Assembly: GCA_036012755.1 (NCBI GenBank)
Contig: DASCPX010000107.1
Coordinates: 1-64,000 of the forward strand
Source: Myxococcota bacterium
GTDB taxonomy: Bacteria > Myxococcota_A > UBA796 > CAJQPC01
Length of the DNA: 64,000 nucleotides
Reading direction: 5' to 3'
Under the pieces are notes generated by a model. The model was not told the DNA's origin and did no database searches. It was given only the letters and a program-made list of their open reading frames with translations. Below, piece after piece: positions 9,454 through 22,034 of the stretch. The translations under genes and the position numbers were made by a program. Each line of letters starts with the position of its first letter. Positions within the stretch are counted from its first letter, which is position 1.

Positions 9454-10410
9454 ATGGAGCTCATCCTCGACTTCGAGCGCCCCCTCATCGAGCTGTACAA
9501 GCGCATCGACGCGCTGGAGACGATGCAGGAGGAGGACGGCGCGGACATGTCGGCCTCCATCGAGCAGCTGCGGTCCCAGGCTGAGCGCCTGCACCGCCAG
9601 ATCTTCTCGGCCCTGACGCCATGGCAGCGAACCCAGCTCTCTCGCCACCCGCGGCGGCCCTACACGCTGGACTACGTCGAGCACCTCTTCACGGAGTGGC
9701 AGGAGCTCCACGGTGACCGCGCCGGCCACGAGGACGCCTCGATCGTCTGTGGCTTCGCTCGGTTCAAGGGGCAGCCGGTGCTTCTCATCGGTCACCAGAA
9801 GGGGCGGAACACGAAGGAGAACCTCGAGCGGAACTTCGGCATGTCCCGTCCGGAGGGCTACCGGAAGGCCCTGCGGCTGATGGAGCTGGCGAACCGCTTC
9901 GGGCGGCCGATCATCACCTTCATCGACACGCCCGGGGCGTACCCCGGCATCGACGCGGAGGCTCGAGGCCAAGCCGAGGCCATCGCCCGGAACATCCTGG
10001 AGATGGCGACCTTTCGAGTCCCGATCATCTGTGTCGTCATCGGAGAGGGCGGCAGCGGCGGTGCCCTCGCCATCGGCGTCGGGAACCGGGTCCTGATGCT
10101 GGAGAACGCCATCTACTCGGTGATCTCTCCGGAAGGCTGCGCGGCCATCCTCTGGCGCGACCGGGCCGAGGGCCCGAGGGCGGCTGCGGCCCTGCGCATC
10201 ACGGCCCAGGACTGCGAGCGCCTCGGTGTCGCCGACGAGATCATCGGCGAGCCGGCGTGCGGAGCTCACCGGGACCACGAGGCGACGATGTCGGCCCTCG
10301 ACGAGGCGCTCTCGCGGCACCTCGACGAGCTCATGCAGCTGAACCCCGACGCCCTCAGGGCGGATCGCTACGAGCGCTTCCGCAAGCTGGGCGAGTTCAC
10401 GACCGCGTGA
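9454..10410 (+). CDS. accA: Acetyl-CoA carboxylase carboxyltransferase alpha subunit
   Basis: LDFERP, RHPRRP, ELHGDR, PEGYRKALR, IDTPGAYPG, GEGGSGGALA. Confidence 0.97.
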   Translation: MELILDFERPLIELYKRIDALETMQEEDGADMSASIEQLRSQAERLHRQIFSALTPWQRTQLSRHPRRPYTLDYVEHLFTEWQELHGDRAGHEDASIVCGFARFKGQPVLLIGHQKGRNTKENLERNFGMSRPEGYRKALRLMELANRFGRPIITFIDTPGAYPGIDAEARGQAEAIARNILEMATFRVPIICVVIGEGGSGGALAIGVGNRVLMLENAIYSVISPEGCAAILWRDRAEGPRAAAALRITAQDCERLGVADEIIGEPACGAHRDHEATMSALDEALSRHLDELMQLNPDALRADRYERFRKLGEFTTA

Positions 10411-11684
10411 GGATCCAGACCGCCCCCGGACGCCCACTGCGCGGGCGCATCCGGGTCCCAGGCGACAAGTCCATCTCCCACCGAGCCCTCATGTTCAACG
10501 GGCTCGGGCGCGGGGAGGCCCGCATCGAGGGTCTGCTCGATGCCCTCGACGTCCAGGCCACGGCGGCGTGTCTGCGCAGCCTCGGAGTCCGGATCGAGCC
10601 CAGCGGCACGGCGATGGTCGTCAGCGGGCTGGGGGGTCGTCTGCGCGAACCCTCGGGGGTGCTCGACTGCGGCAACTCCGGCACCTCGATGCGCTTGTTG
10701 GCGGGGCTCGTGGCGGGACAGGACCTCTTCGCCGTGCTCGCCGGCGACCGCTCGTTGAACCGCCGTCCGATGGGGCGCGTGACCATGCCGCTGCGGTCGA
10801 TGGGGGCGGTCATCGACGGGCCCGGGGAGGGCACGCGTCCCCCCCTCGCCATCCGTGGTGGTGGACTCGTGGCGGGTCCCTGCGTCTCCCCGATCGCGAG
10901 CGCCCAGGTGAAGAGCAGCCTCATCCTCGCCACCCTTGGAGCGCGAGAGGGCCGGCTCTGCTTCCGCGAGCCGAGCCGGAGCCGAGACCACACCGAGCGC
11001 ATGCTGCGGGCGATGGGCGTCGACATCGAGGAGCGAGACGGCGCCTTGCTCGTCGACGCCGGACAGGTGCCCGAGTGCCGCGACGTGGTGGTGCCCGGGG
11101 ACATCTCCTCCGCGGCCTTCTTCCTCGTCGCCGCCAGCATCGTGCCGGGCTCCGACCTCGTCGTCGAGAACGTGGGGACGAACCCGACGCGCAGCGGTGT
11201 GCTCGATGTGCTCGAGGCGATGGGGGCCTCACTGGAGCTCCTCGACTCTCGCGAGGTCTCCGGGGAGCCGGTCGCAGACATCCGCGTCCGCCCCACTCGA
11301 CTTCGGGGCGCGCGCATCGACGGGGAGCTCATCCCGCGCCTCATCGACGAGATCCCGGTGCTCGCTGTGGCCGCTGCCTTCGCGGATGGCGAGACCGTCG
11401 TCGCCGACGCTGGAGAGGCCCGCGTGAAGGAGTCGGACCGCATCGCGGCGACCGTCGCCGGGTTGCGGGCTTGCGGGGTCGAGGTCGAGGAGCGGCCGGA
11501 CGGGCTGGCCCTGATGGGCGGCGGCTTCACCGGTGGCTCCGTGGACGCCCGTGACGACCACCGCATCGCCATGGCCTTCGCAGTCGGCGGCTGCGCCGGG
11601 GGCGAGGTCACCGTCGAGGACGCCAGCGCGGTGAGGACCTCCTTCCCGACCTTCACCTCGCTCCTGGAGGCAGCTCGTGCCTAG
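10407..11684 (+). CDS. aroA: 3-phosphoshikimate 1-carboxyvinyltransferase
   Basis: PGDKSISHRA, DCGNSGT, SAQVKS, RDHTERML, KESDR, DHRIAM; GTGA overlap with accA. Confidence 0.97.
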   Translation: MRIQTAPGRPLRGRIRVPGDKSISHRALMFNGLGRGEARIEGLLDALDVQATAACLRSLGVRIEPSGTAMVVSGLGGRLREPSGVLDCGNSGTSMRLLAGLVAGQDLFAVLAGDRSLNRRPMGRVTMPLRSMGAVIDGPGEGTRPPLAIRGGGLVAGPCVSPIASAQVKSSLILATLGAREGRLCFREPSRSRDHTERMLRAMGVDIEERDGALLVDAGQVPECRDVVVPGDISSAAFFLVAASIVPGSDLVVENVGTNPTRSGVLDVLEAMGASLELLDSREVSGEPVADIRVRPTRLRGARIDGELIPRLIDEIPVLAVAAAFADGETVVADAGEARVKESDRIAATVAGLRACGVEVEERPDGLALMGGGFTGGSVDARDDHRIAMAFAVGGCAGGEVTVEDASAVRTSFPTFTSLLEAARA

Positions 11685-12372
11685 CCACGGCTTCGCCATC
11701 GCCGTCGACGGACCTGCCTCTTCCGGCAAGGGCACCGTGGCGCGCCTGGTCGCCAGGGAGCTGGGCTTCGCCTACGTGGACACGGGCTCGATGTACCGAG
11801 CGGTCGCGCTGACGGCCATCGCCGAGGGTATCGATCAGCTCGACGGTGAGGCGCTGGCCGCCCGCATCTCCACCATGCGCCTGTCCTTCGGCTTCGACCA
11901 CGGCCGCTTCACCATCGGCCTCGACGGCGAGGACATCAGCCGCGCCATCCGCACCCAGGAGGTCGGAGCTGGTGCATCGCTCGTCGCCACGCTGCCCGAG
12001 GTGCGACGTGCGCTGCTGGACACCCAACGGACCCTGGCCAGCGAGCAGGGGGTCGTGATGGATGGCCGGGACATCGGCACCGTCGTGCTGCCCGACGCCG
12101 ACCTCAAGATCTACCTCGACGCCGAGTCCTCCGTTCGAGCCATGCGCCGCCACGCCGAGCTCCTCGACCGTGGGGTCGAAGTCAGCCTCCAGGAGGTGCG
12201 CTCGGAGCTGGCTTCTCGGGACGCCCAGGACAGCGGACGGGCTCATGCACCGCTGGCCCGGGCGGCCGACGCAGTGGCCCTGGACTGCACCCATCGAACG
12301 CCCGAGGAGGTAGCTGCGAAGGTGGTCAGCATGGCGCGTGGGCGCCTTGACGCGAGGGCCGACCTGGGCTAA
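11677..12372 (+). CDS. cmk: Cytidylate kinase
   Basis: DGPASSGKGT, DTGSMYR, DGRDIGTVV; aroA-cmk-rpsA synteny. Confidence 0.96.
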   Translation: MPSHGFAIAVDGPASSGKGTVARLVARELGFAYVDTGSMYRAVALTAIAEGIDQLDGEALAARISTMRLSFGFDHGRFTIGLDGEDISRAIRTQEVGAGASLVATLPEVRRALLDTQRTLASEQGVVMDGRDIGTVVLPDADLKIYLDAESSVRAMRRHAELLDRGVEVSLQEVRSELASRDAQDSGRAHAPLARAADAVALDCTHRTPEEVAAKVVSMARGRLDARADLG

Positions 12373-12436
12373 TTGGCGCGGCCCTTTCAACCCAAACCCC
12401 GCGCTCGTCATTGGGACGACCCCGGGCCAGGAACCT

Positions 12437-14155
<1,719 letters not shown>

Positions 14156-14196
14156 CCAGGCTGCACAGCCCGGCGCCAGCGCGCCAGCGCTCAGGT

Positions 14197-14205
14197 TGAT
14201 ATGGT
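14197..14205 (+). promoter_or_regulatory. Putative extended -10 element (TGATATGGT) 6 nt before the GTG at 14212; leaderless candidate
   Basis: TGnTAnnnT match; no Shine-Dalgarno before the start codon. Confidence 0.5.
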
Positions 14206-14211
14206 GCCGGC

Positions 14212-14514
14212 GTGACCGCCAAGCACGTCAAGTGGGTCCTGTTGGCCCTGTTGTTCGCCTTCGTCATGCTGGAAGTGGCGGCGTTCTCGCTGCAGAACAG
14301 CCAGCTGGTCGAGCTGTCCTGGAACATGGGCTTTGTCGAGTTCTACGCCTCCAGGCCCTGGCCGGTGTCGACACTGGTGTTGCTGAGCGGAGTCGTCGGT
14401 GTCCTGCTCGGACGCATCTGGGGCTGGTTCGCCGGTGCCCGAAAGGAGCGCGTCGCGCGCGCCGCCGAGCGGGATCGGGCCTTGGGTGCCAGCGCCGACG
14501 ACGACTGGGTCTGA
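14212..14514 (+). CDS. LapA-family (DUF1049) small membrane protein
   Basis: Two TM helices flanking F-x-LQN-x3-V; basic C-terminal tail; located downstream of rpsA. Confidence 0.65.
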   Translation: MTAKHVKWVLLALLFAFVMLEVAAFSLQNSQLVELSWNMGFVEFYASRPWPVSTLVLLSGVVGVLLGRIWGWFAGARKERVARAAERDRALGASADDDWV

Positions 14515-15254
14515 TGCTCCTGGCGTGGATGGTGGCCTGCGGCACGCCGCAGCCGGCCGCGCCGTCTCCCCAGACCTTCCAGTCCACGCCGGTGGGCGAG
14601 GCGCGGGAGAACCTGGTCGTGCAGCCGTCGAGTGACCGCCGCCCCGATGGGCGAGAGCCCCTGACCATCGGCGAGATGGAACACCTGGCGGTAGAAGGGC
14701 TGGATGCGCTCACCGCCGACCAACGCGTGCTGGCGATGGCCTTCTTCAACGGCACCACGGGGCCTTGCCCTACCTGCATGGACGAGGGCACACCGCTGGG
14801 AGCCTGCTTCGAGCAGGCCCCCCCGGGCTGCGACAACGTCCCTGTGGTCGCCCGGCGGGTGGTGCGGCTCGCTGGAGAGGGCCTCGACGTTGACGCGATC
14901 TCCTTGCAGGTCGAGTACGCAGACGCCTGGTACGACCTCGACGCCACGGACCTCCCGCGCACCGGCCCGGAGGGTGCCGCGGTCGAGCTCGTTGTGGCCT
15001 TCGACGCGACCTCCCAGCTCTCCAACGAGGCGGAGGCCCGCTGGACGGGGATCGCCGAGGCCTGCCCGGGACACGTGGCGATCTTCCGGCTCGACGTGCG
15101 CGAACACGCAGAGGTCGCCGAGTCCTACGGTGTCCGGTCTACGCCCACGGCCTTCGTGAACGGCTACCGCGTCCGTGGGAGCCAGCAGGCCGAGGCCTAC
15201 CTGCGCCTCGTCCGCGCCGAGCTCGGAGATCGCGGGCTGTCGTGCCAGGGCTGA
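14514..15254 (+). CDS. Lipoprotein with Cys-rich domain and DsbA/thioredoxin-like domain lacking CxxC
   Basis: TGATG overlap; MLLAWMVAC; PCPTC...C...C; GPEGAAVELVV; GVRSTPTAFVNG cis-Pro loop. Confidence 0.65.
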   Translation: MLLAWMVACGTPQPAAPSPQTFQSTPVGEARENLVVQPSSDRRPDGREPLTIGEMEHLAVEGLDALTADQRVLAMAFFNGTTGPCPTCMDEGTPLGACFEQAPPGCDNVPVVARRVVRLAGEGLDVDAISLQVEYADAWYDLDATDLPRTGPEGAAVELVVAFDATSQLSNEAEARWTGIAEACPGHVAIFRLDVREHAEVAESYGVRSTPTAFVNGYRVRGSQQAEAYLRLVRAELGDRGLSCQG

Positions 15255-16393
15255 GCCCGGGCCGACGCGCCGCGGCACAGGCGCTGTTGGCGGCGGAGAG
15301 TGGCAAGCACGCCGAGATCGTCGGCGTCGCGGGCCGTGACCTGGGGCTCGCCCGTCACCTCGTCGCTGGCGTCTTGCGTACCCGCGGGCAGCTCGACGCC
15401 GCGATCTCGAAGCTCACGAAGGGTCGGCTCGACCTGGAGGTGCAGACCGCGCTCCGCATCGGGCTCTTCGAGCTGCATCGCTCGAGAGTGCCGCCGCACG
15501 CCGCGGTGGATCAAGCCGTCCAGCTGGTCCGTGTCCTGCGCAAGGCCCGGGCCGCCGGACTGGTGAACGCGGTGCTTCGAAAGGCCCCGCCGCTTCCAGC
15601 CGTGCCCAACCACCCCGACTGGCTGGTGAAGCGCTGGACCGCGCGCTACGGGGACGTCTCGGACTGGCTCGCGCGACTCGACACCGAAGCCCCCCTGGCC
15701 CTGGCGCACAAGCCCGGGGTCGCCATGGGTGGCCTCCGCGACACGGGCGTGCCGGACACGGGCTGGCTCGATCACAGCGGCCCTATCGAGGAGATCGAGG
15801 GCTACGCAGAGGGCGGATGGTGGGTCATGGACCCTGCCGCGGCGATGGTCGCGGACCTCGTGGAGGCCCGAACTGGGCTGCGCGTCCTCGACGCCTGCGC
15901 CGCGCCAGGTGGCAAGGCGATGCGGCTCGCCTCTCAGGGTGCCACGGTGCTCGCGACCGACCGGAGCGCGGCGCGGCTGGAGCGCCTGCGCGAGAACCTC
16001 GACCGCACGAGGCTCGAGGCTGAGGTGCGGGTGGTCGACTGGACCCGGGGCGCCGAGCTCGGAGAGTTCGACGCGGTCCTCGTCGACGCGCCCTGTACCT
16101 CGCTGGGCACCACCCGCCGCCACCCCGAGATCCGGTGGTCGCGGCTGCCCACCGACCCCCTCGCGATGGCGGTCCTCCAGGACCGGATCCTCGACGGAGT
16201 GTGTGGCCACGTCCGGGTCGGCGGGCGCCTCGTCTACGCCGTGTGCAGCCCGGAGCCGGAGGAGGGGAGCGAGCGCATCGCCGCCTTCGTCGCCCGGCAG
16301 CCCGGTTACGTGCTCGAGACCGAGCGCTGCACGGCGCCCCCCGTCGGCGACGAAGACGCCTTCTATGCGGCGGTCCTCACCAAGAAGAGCTGA
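15242..16393 (+). CDS. rsmB: 16S rRNA m5C methyltransferase RsmB/Sun
   Basis: NusB-like N-terminus (VNAVLR), LDACAAPGGK, DAPCT, YAVCS. Confidence 0.9.
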   Translation: MPGLSPGRRAAAQALLAAESGKHAEIVGVAGRDLGLARHLVAGVLRTRGQLDAAISKLTKGRLDLEVQTALRIGLFELHRSRVPPHAAVDQAVQLVRVLRKARAAGLVNAVLRKAPPLPAVPNHPDWLVKRWTARYGDVSDWLARLDTEAPLALAHKPGVAMGGLRDTGVPDTGWLDHSGPIEEIEGYAEGGWWVMDPAAAMVADLVEARTGLRVLDACAAPGGKAMRLASQGATVLATDRSAARLERLRENLDRTRLEAEVRVVDWTRGAELGEFDAVLVDAPCTSLGTTRRHPEIRWSRLPTDPLAMAVLQDRILDGVCGHVRVGGRLVYAVCSPEPEEGSERIAAFVARQPGYVLETERCTAPPVGDEDAFYAAVLTKKS

Positions 16394-16394
16394 A

Positions 16395-18950
16395 GTGGCC
16401 AAGGCCGACACCCCCATGTTCCGGCAGTACCTGGAGCTGAAGGCGCAGGCGCCCGATGCCCTGATGTTCTTCCGCATGGGTGACTTCTACGAGCTGTTCT
16501 TCGACGACGCGCGCATAGCGGCAGAGGTCTGCGAGCTCACGCTCACCTCCCGGAACAAGGACGACCCGGAGCCGATCCCGATGGCGGGGGTGCCTCATCA
16601 CGCCGCCCCCGGGTACCTCCAGACGCTGGTCGACCGGGGCCACAAGGTAGCCATCGCCGACCAGGTCGAGGACCCCAAGCTCGCTCGCGGTCTCGTTCGA
16701 CGCGAGATCGTGCGCATCGTGTCGCCGGGCATCGCGCTGAACCCAGAGGACCTGCCCGCCAGGGAGCCCTGCTGGATCGTCGGCGTGGTCCGCGACGGAG
16801 AGCGCTGGGGTCTGGCGAGCCTCGACGTCTCCACCGGAGATCTGCGCGCTACCGAGCCGCTGAGCGAGGTGGCGCTCCACGACGAGCTCGGGCGCATCCA
16901 GCCCAAGGAAGTGGTGCTGCCAGAGGGGCTGGAGTTGGAGCTGACCGGCCCTCGCATCGAGCGTGTCAGTGGCTGGGAGATCGACGAGTCAGCAGCGCGC
17001 AAGCGGCTCCACGATCTGCTCGGCGTCCAGGATCTCGCTGGCTTCGGTGCGGAGGGCATGGGCCCGGCGCTGTCGGCGGCCGCCGTGGTGGTCGACCACG
17101 CGGAGGCAGCGCTGAAGTCCTCGCTGCCCCAGATCACGCGAATCCGGCCCTATGCCTCGACCGGCTTCATGGTCCTCGATGCCCCCACGCGGCGGAACCT
17201 GGAGCTCACGCGACCCCTCGTCGGCACCGGACGCAAGGGCACGCTGCTGGGCTTGCTCGACCGGACCGCCACCGCCATGGGGGGCCGCCTGTTGCGCGAG
17301 CACATCGCCTACCCGCTGTTGGACATTGACGACATCAAGCGGCGGCTCGACGCCGTCGGGGCGCTCGTCGAGGACGGTCCTGGCCGACGGCGCCTGCGAG
17401 AGCTGCTCAAGGGCGTCGCGGACATGGAGCGCCTGGGCAGCAAGCTCGCCCAGCAGACAGCGAACGGCCGCGACCTCGTGGCCCTCGGGCTGAGCATCGA
17501 GAAGCTCCCAGAGCTCTTCGGCGTGGTGGCGGAGTACCGGACCCTGCGCCACCTGCTGCCGGGAGACTTCGCAGAGGAGGTCGGCGAGCGCATCTGCAAG
17601 ACCCTGGTCGACGAGCCGCCCGCGACCATCACGGAGGGCGGGCTCCTGCGCGGAGGCGTCGATCCGGAGCTCGACGAGCTCATTCGGCTGTCCCGCGAGG
17701 GCAAGGGCATCATCGCCGCCCTGCAGGAAGCCGAGCGCGAGGCGACGGGCATCGGCTCGCTGAAGGTCCGCTACAACAAGGTCTTCGGCTACTTCATCGA
17801 GATCACCCGGGCGAACCTGCACAGGGCCCCCGAGCACTACATCCGCAAGCAGACGCTCACCAACGCGGAGCGCTTCATCACCCCGGAGCTCAAGGAGCTC
17901 GAGGAGAAGGTGCTGGGGGCAGACGAGCGCCGCCGCGCTCTCGAGCACCAGCGCTTCGTCGAGCTGCGCGAGGAGCTCGCCCGCGAGGTGCCGCGGCTCC
18001 AAGCCCTGGCAGGAGTCATCGCTGCCCTCGACGTCCACGCTTCCCTGGCCAAGGTCGCCTCGGACAATCGCTATGTGCGCCCCGAGTTCGACGCTGGCCT
18101 GCGCATCGAGATCGAGGCCGGGCGGCACCCGGTCGTCGAGCAGATGGACCTCGGCGAGCGCTTCGTGCCCAACGACCTCGTGTTGGACCCGAAGGGCCGA
18201 CAGCTCGTGATCGTGACGGGTCCGAACATGTCCGGGAAGTCGACGGTGATGCGCCAGACGGCGCTCATCGTGCTGATGGCCCAGCTCGGCTCCTTCGTGC
18301 CCGCAGAGCGCGCGCTCATCGGGCTCTGCGACCGCGTGTTCACCAGGGTCGGGGCCTCTGACGAGCTCGCCACCGGGCGCTCCACCTTCATGGTCGAGAT
18401 GTCGGAGACCGCGAACATCCTCCACCACGCCACCGAGCGCAGTCTCGTGCTGTTGGACGAGATCGGGCGCGGCACGAGCACCTACGACGGGCTCGCCATC
18501 GCCTGGGCGGTCGCGGAGGCTCTGCACGACCGGATTCGCGCCAGGACGCTCTTCGCCACCCACTACCACGAGCTCGTCCAGCTGGCGGAGTCCCGGGCCA
18601 ACGTCGCCAACGTGAGCGTCGCCATCTCCCTGTGGGGCGAACGCATCCTGTTCCTCAGGCGGCTCAAGGAGGGGGGCGCCTCCAAGAGCTACGGCATCCA
18701 GTGCGCGCGCCTCGCGGGCATGCCGCAGGAGGTCGTCGAGAGGGCAAGGTCGCTCCTGAAGGAGCTCGAGAAGCACGCCGCGCTCTCGCCCACTCCGCAG
18801 CTGTCGCTCTTCGGCGCGCGACCACCCGAGCCCGAGGCGGAGGCCGGGACAGACGAACTCAGGGCTGCGCTGGAGACCCTCGAGCCTGATACCCTGAGCC
18901 CTCGCGAGGCGCTGGAGGCGCTCTACCGCTTGAAGGAGCTGGTCAGGTGA
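16395..18950 (+). CDS. mutS: DNA mismatch repair protein MutS
   Basis: TPMFRQY, FRMGDFYELF, TGPNMSGKST, STFMVEM, DEIGRGTST, FATHYHEL. Confidence 0.98.
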   Translation: MAKADTPMFRQYLELKAQAPDALMFFRMGDFYELFFDDARIAAEVCELTLTSRNKDDPEPIPMAGVPHHAAPGYLQTLVDRGHKVAIADQVEDPKLARGLVRREIVRIVSPGIALNPEDLPAREPCWIVGVVRDGERWGLASLDVSTGDLRATEPLSEVALHDELGRIQPKEVVLPEGLELELTGPRIERVSGWEIDESAARKRLHDLLGVQDLAGFGAEGMGPALSAAAVVVDHAEAALKSSLPQITRIRPYASTGFMVLDAPTRRNLELTRPLVGTGRKGTLLGLLDRTATAMGGRLLREHIAYPLLDIDDIKRRLDAVGALVEDGPGRRRLRELLKGVADMERLGSKLAQQTANGRDLVALGLSIEKLPELFGVVAEYRTLRHLLPGDFAEEVGERICKTLVDEPPATITEGGLLRGGVDPELDELIRLSREGKGIIAALQEAEREATGIGSLKVRYNKVFGYFIEITRANLHRAPEHYIRKQTLTNAERFITPELKELEEKVLGADERRRALEHQRFVELREELAREVPRLQALAGVIAALDVHASLAKVASDNRYVRPEFDAGLRIEIEAGRHPVVEQMDLGERFVPNDLVLDPKGRQLVIVTGPNMSGKSTVMRQTALIVLMAQLGSFVPAERALIGLCDRVFTRVGASDELATGRSTFMVEMSETANILHHATERSLVLLDEIGRGTSTYDGLAIAWAVAEALHDRIRARTLFATHYHELVQLAESRANVANVSVAISLWGERILFLRRLKEGGASKSYGIQCARLAGMPQEVVERARSLLKELEKHAALSPTPQLSLFGARPPEPEAEAGTDELRAALETLEPDTLSPREALEALYRLKELVR

Positions 18951-20116
18951 GCCTCTTTGCACTGCTCAGCGCCGTACACGCGGGGGAGTTGGAGCAGGTG
19001 CACGTCTTCATCGGCGAGGGGCACGCCCGAGTGCTGCTCCTGACCGACACGCCGGTGCTGGGCGCGACCGCCCGCAGTACGCCGGCGAAGGGAGCTTCTC
19101 CGGCTCGAGGCACGGTCCTGCTCCCGGGCACCGGGCTCGACGCCTCGCTGGCCGAGGCCTACGTGCGCGAGGACGAGCACGTCTACATCCCGGTCGATGA
19201 CGGAGGCGTGAGCAGGGTCGTGCTCGCCGACCTGTCCGGCACGGTCCAGGTCGGGGTCGAGATGGACCAGAGCCGGGAGCTGAGCGTCACGACGGTCGGC
19301 GAGGTCGGGCTGCTGCTCGACCTGCGCATCCAGGGTGTCTCCCCCGACACCTCGTTGCCGGACGCGCAGCTGCTCGGGGCCTGGATGGAGGGCGTGAGCC
19401 TGGCGCGGGCGGGGGAGGGCGTCTCGAAGTCCCGGCGCGTGGTGGTGGTCGATCCGGGCCACGGTGGTCACGACCCGGGCGCGACCGGTCTCACCGGGAC
19501 CCACGAGGCGGACATAGCGCTCCAGCTCTCGCGTCGGGTTGCTCGCCAGCTGGAGGAGCGGCTCGACGTCGACGTGGTGCTCACGCGGGACGACGACATC
19601 TTCATCCCCCTGGGGGACCGAGCGGCGATGGCCAACGCCCTGGACGCGGATCTCTTCCTGAGCATCCACGCCAACGCGGCGCCCGGGCCCACGGCCTGGG
19701 GCATCACCACCTTCTACATGGACACCGCCAGCGACGCCGGAGCGGCCCGGGTGGCGGCGCGGGAGAACGCCCTGGTCGTCGAGTCGGACCAGTCGATGGA
19801 CCGCCTCGTGGCAGAGCTCAGCGTCACGGGCACATCCCGCCTGTCCCGCGATCTGGCCGGGATGGTGCAGTCGAGCGTCGTCTCGGAGCTCGAGGGCGTC
19901 TACGGTGACGAGCAGATCCGGGATCTCGGCGTCCAGACCGCGCTCTTCTACGTGTTGGTGTCCACGAGGATGCCCGCGATCCTGTACGAGGCCAGCTTCC
20001 TCACCCACCCTGAGGACGAGATGCGGCTCCGACAGCCGCTCTTCCAGGAGCTGACCGCCGACGGCATCGTCGACGCCGTCGAGGAGTACTTCGCGACCCA
20101 GGACGGCGCGGAGTAG
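18947..20116 (+). CDS. N-acetylmuramoyl-L-alanine amidase (Amidase_3)
   Basis: VVDPGHGGHDPGA, LTRDDD, FLSIHANA, PAILYEASF. Confidence 0.93.
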   Translation: MSLFALLSAVHAGELEQVHVFIGEGHARVLLLTDTPVLGATARSTPAKGASPARGTVLLPGTGLDASLAEAYVREDEHVYIPVDDGGVSRVVLADLSGTVQVGVEMDQSRELSVTTVGEVGLLLDLRIQGVSPDTSLPDAQLLGAWMEGVSLARAGEGVSKSRRVVVVDPGHGGHDPGATGLTGTHEADIALQLSRRVARQLEERLDVDVVLTRDDDIFIPLGDRAAMANALDADLFLSIHANAAPGPTAWGITTFYMDTASDAGAARVAARENALVVESDQSMDRLVAELSVTGTSRLSRDLAGMVQSSVVSELEGVYGDEQIRDLGVQTALFYVLVSTRMPAILYEASFLTHPEDEMRLRQPLFQELTADGIVDAVEEYFATQDGAE

Positions 20117-20119
20117 CCG

Positions 20120-21010
<891 letters not shown>

Positions 21011-21020
21011 GCGGAGAGCA

Positions 21021-22034
21021 ATGCGCATCCCCGTCGACGTCCTCGGTGCGACCGGTATGGTCGGTCAGCGCCTCGTGCAGTCCCTGCTCGGCCATCCTTG
21101 GTTCGAGGTCGGCAGGCTCTGTGCATCGGAGAGATCGGTCGGCAAGACCTACGGCGAGGCCTGCACCTGGCGCCTCCCGGGACCCGAGCCCGAGGGGCTC
21201 CGGGGGCTCTTCGACCGCGTCGTCGGGCCCTGCTCCCCGACAGTCGGCGGCGGCGTCGCGTTGAGTGCCCTGCCCAGCGCGAGCGCCCGCACCGTCGAGC
21301 CGGCCTTCGCGGAGGCGGGCTTTGCGGTGGTGAGCAACGCCAGCGCCTTCCGCATGGATCCGCGGGTTCCCCTGGTCATCCCAGAGGTCAACCCGGGCGC
21401 CCTCTCTCTGTTGGAGTCGCAGCCCTGGCCGGGCTTCATCCTGACGAACCCGAACTGCTGTGCCATCCCCGTGGCCCTCGCCCTGGCGCCGCTGCATGCG
21501 CGCTGGCCAGTGCGGGCTGCCTGCCTCAGCACCTGGCAGGCGGTGAGCGGCGCCGGCTACCCCGGCGAGTCCAGCTGGGACATGGTCGGCAACGTGCATC
21601 CGCACCCGGGGGACGAGGAGGAGAAGCTCACGGAGGAGCCTCAGAAGCTGCTCGGAGCGGACTTCGCCAGCTCCGCGCGGTGTGTGCGCGTGCCTGTCGC
21701 CGACGGCCACCTCGTGAGCATGCAGCTTCGGCTCGAGGGCGATCCCACGCCCGAGCAGTGCGAGGCAGCGATCCGTGACTTCGTTCCGGCCTGTCCGGAC
21801 CTGCCCTCCTCGCCGAAGCCGCTGTTGGTCGTGGACTCGCGTCGGGACCGGCCCCAGCCCCGCATGGACGCCATGCGTGGCCAGGGCATGGCCGTGACCG
21901 TCGGTCGCATCGAGGCCTGCCCGGTGATGGGCGTGAAGCTCTTCTGTCTCGCCCACAACACCCTCCGTGGTGCAGCCGGCGCGGCGATCCTCAACCTGGA
22001 GCTCCTGCAGGCGACGGGACGCCTCAGCGGGTGA
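21021..22034 (+). CDS. asd: Aspartate-semialdehyde dehydrogenase (archaeal/fungal-like subtype)
   Basis: [52 protein letters not shown]. Confidence 0.92.
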   Translation: MRIPVDVLGATGMVGQRLVQSLLGHPWFEVGRLCASERSVGKTYGEACTWRLPGPEPEGLRGLFDRVVGPCSPTVGGGVALSALPSASARTVEPAFAEAGFAVVSNASAFRMDPRVPLVIPEVNPGALSLLESQPWPGFILTNPNCCAIPVALALAPLHARWPVRAACLSTWQAVSGAGYPGESSWDMVGNVHPHPGDEEEKLTEEPQKLLGADFASSARCVRVPVADGHLVSMQLRLEGDPTPEQCEAAIRDFVPACPDLPSSPKPLLVVDSRRDRPQPRMDAMRGQGMAVTVGRIEACPVMGVKLFCLAHNTLRGAAGAAILNLELLQATGRLSG

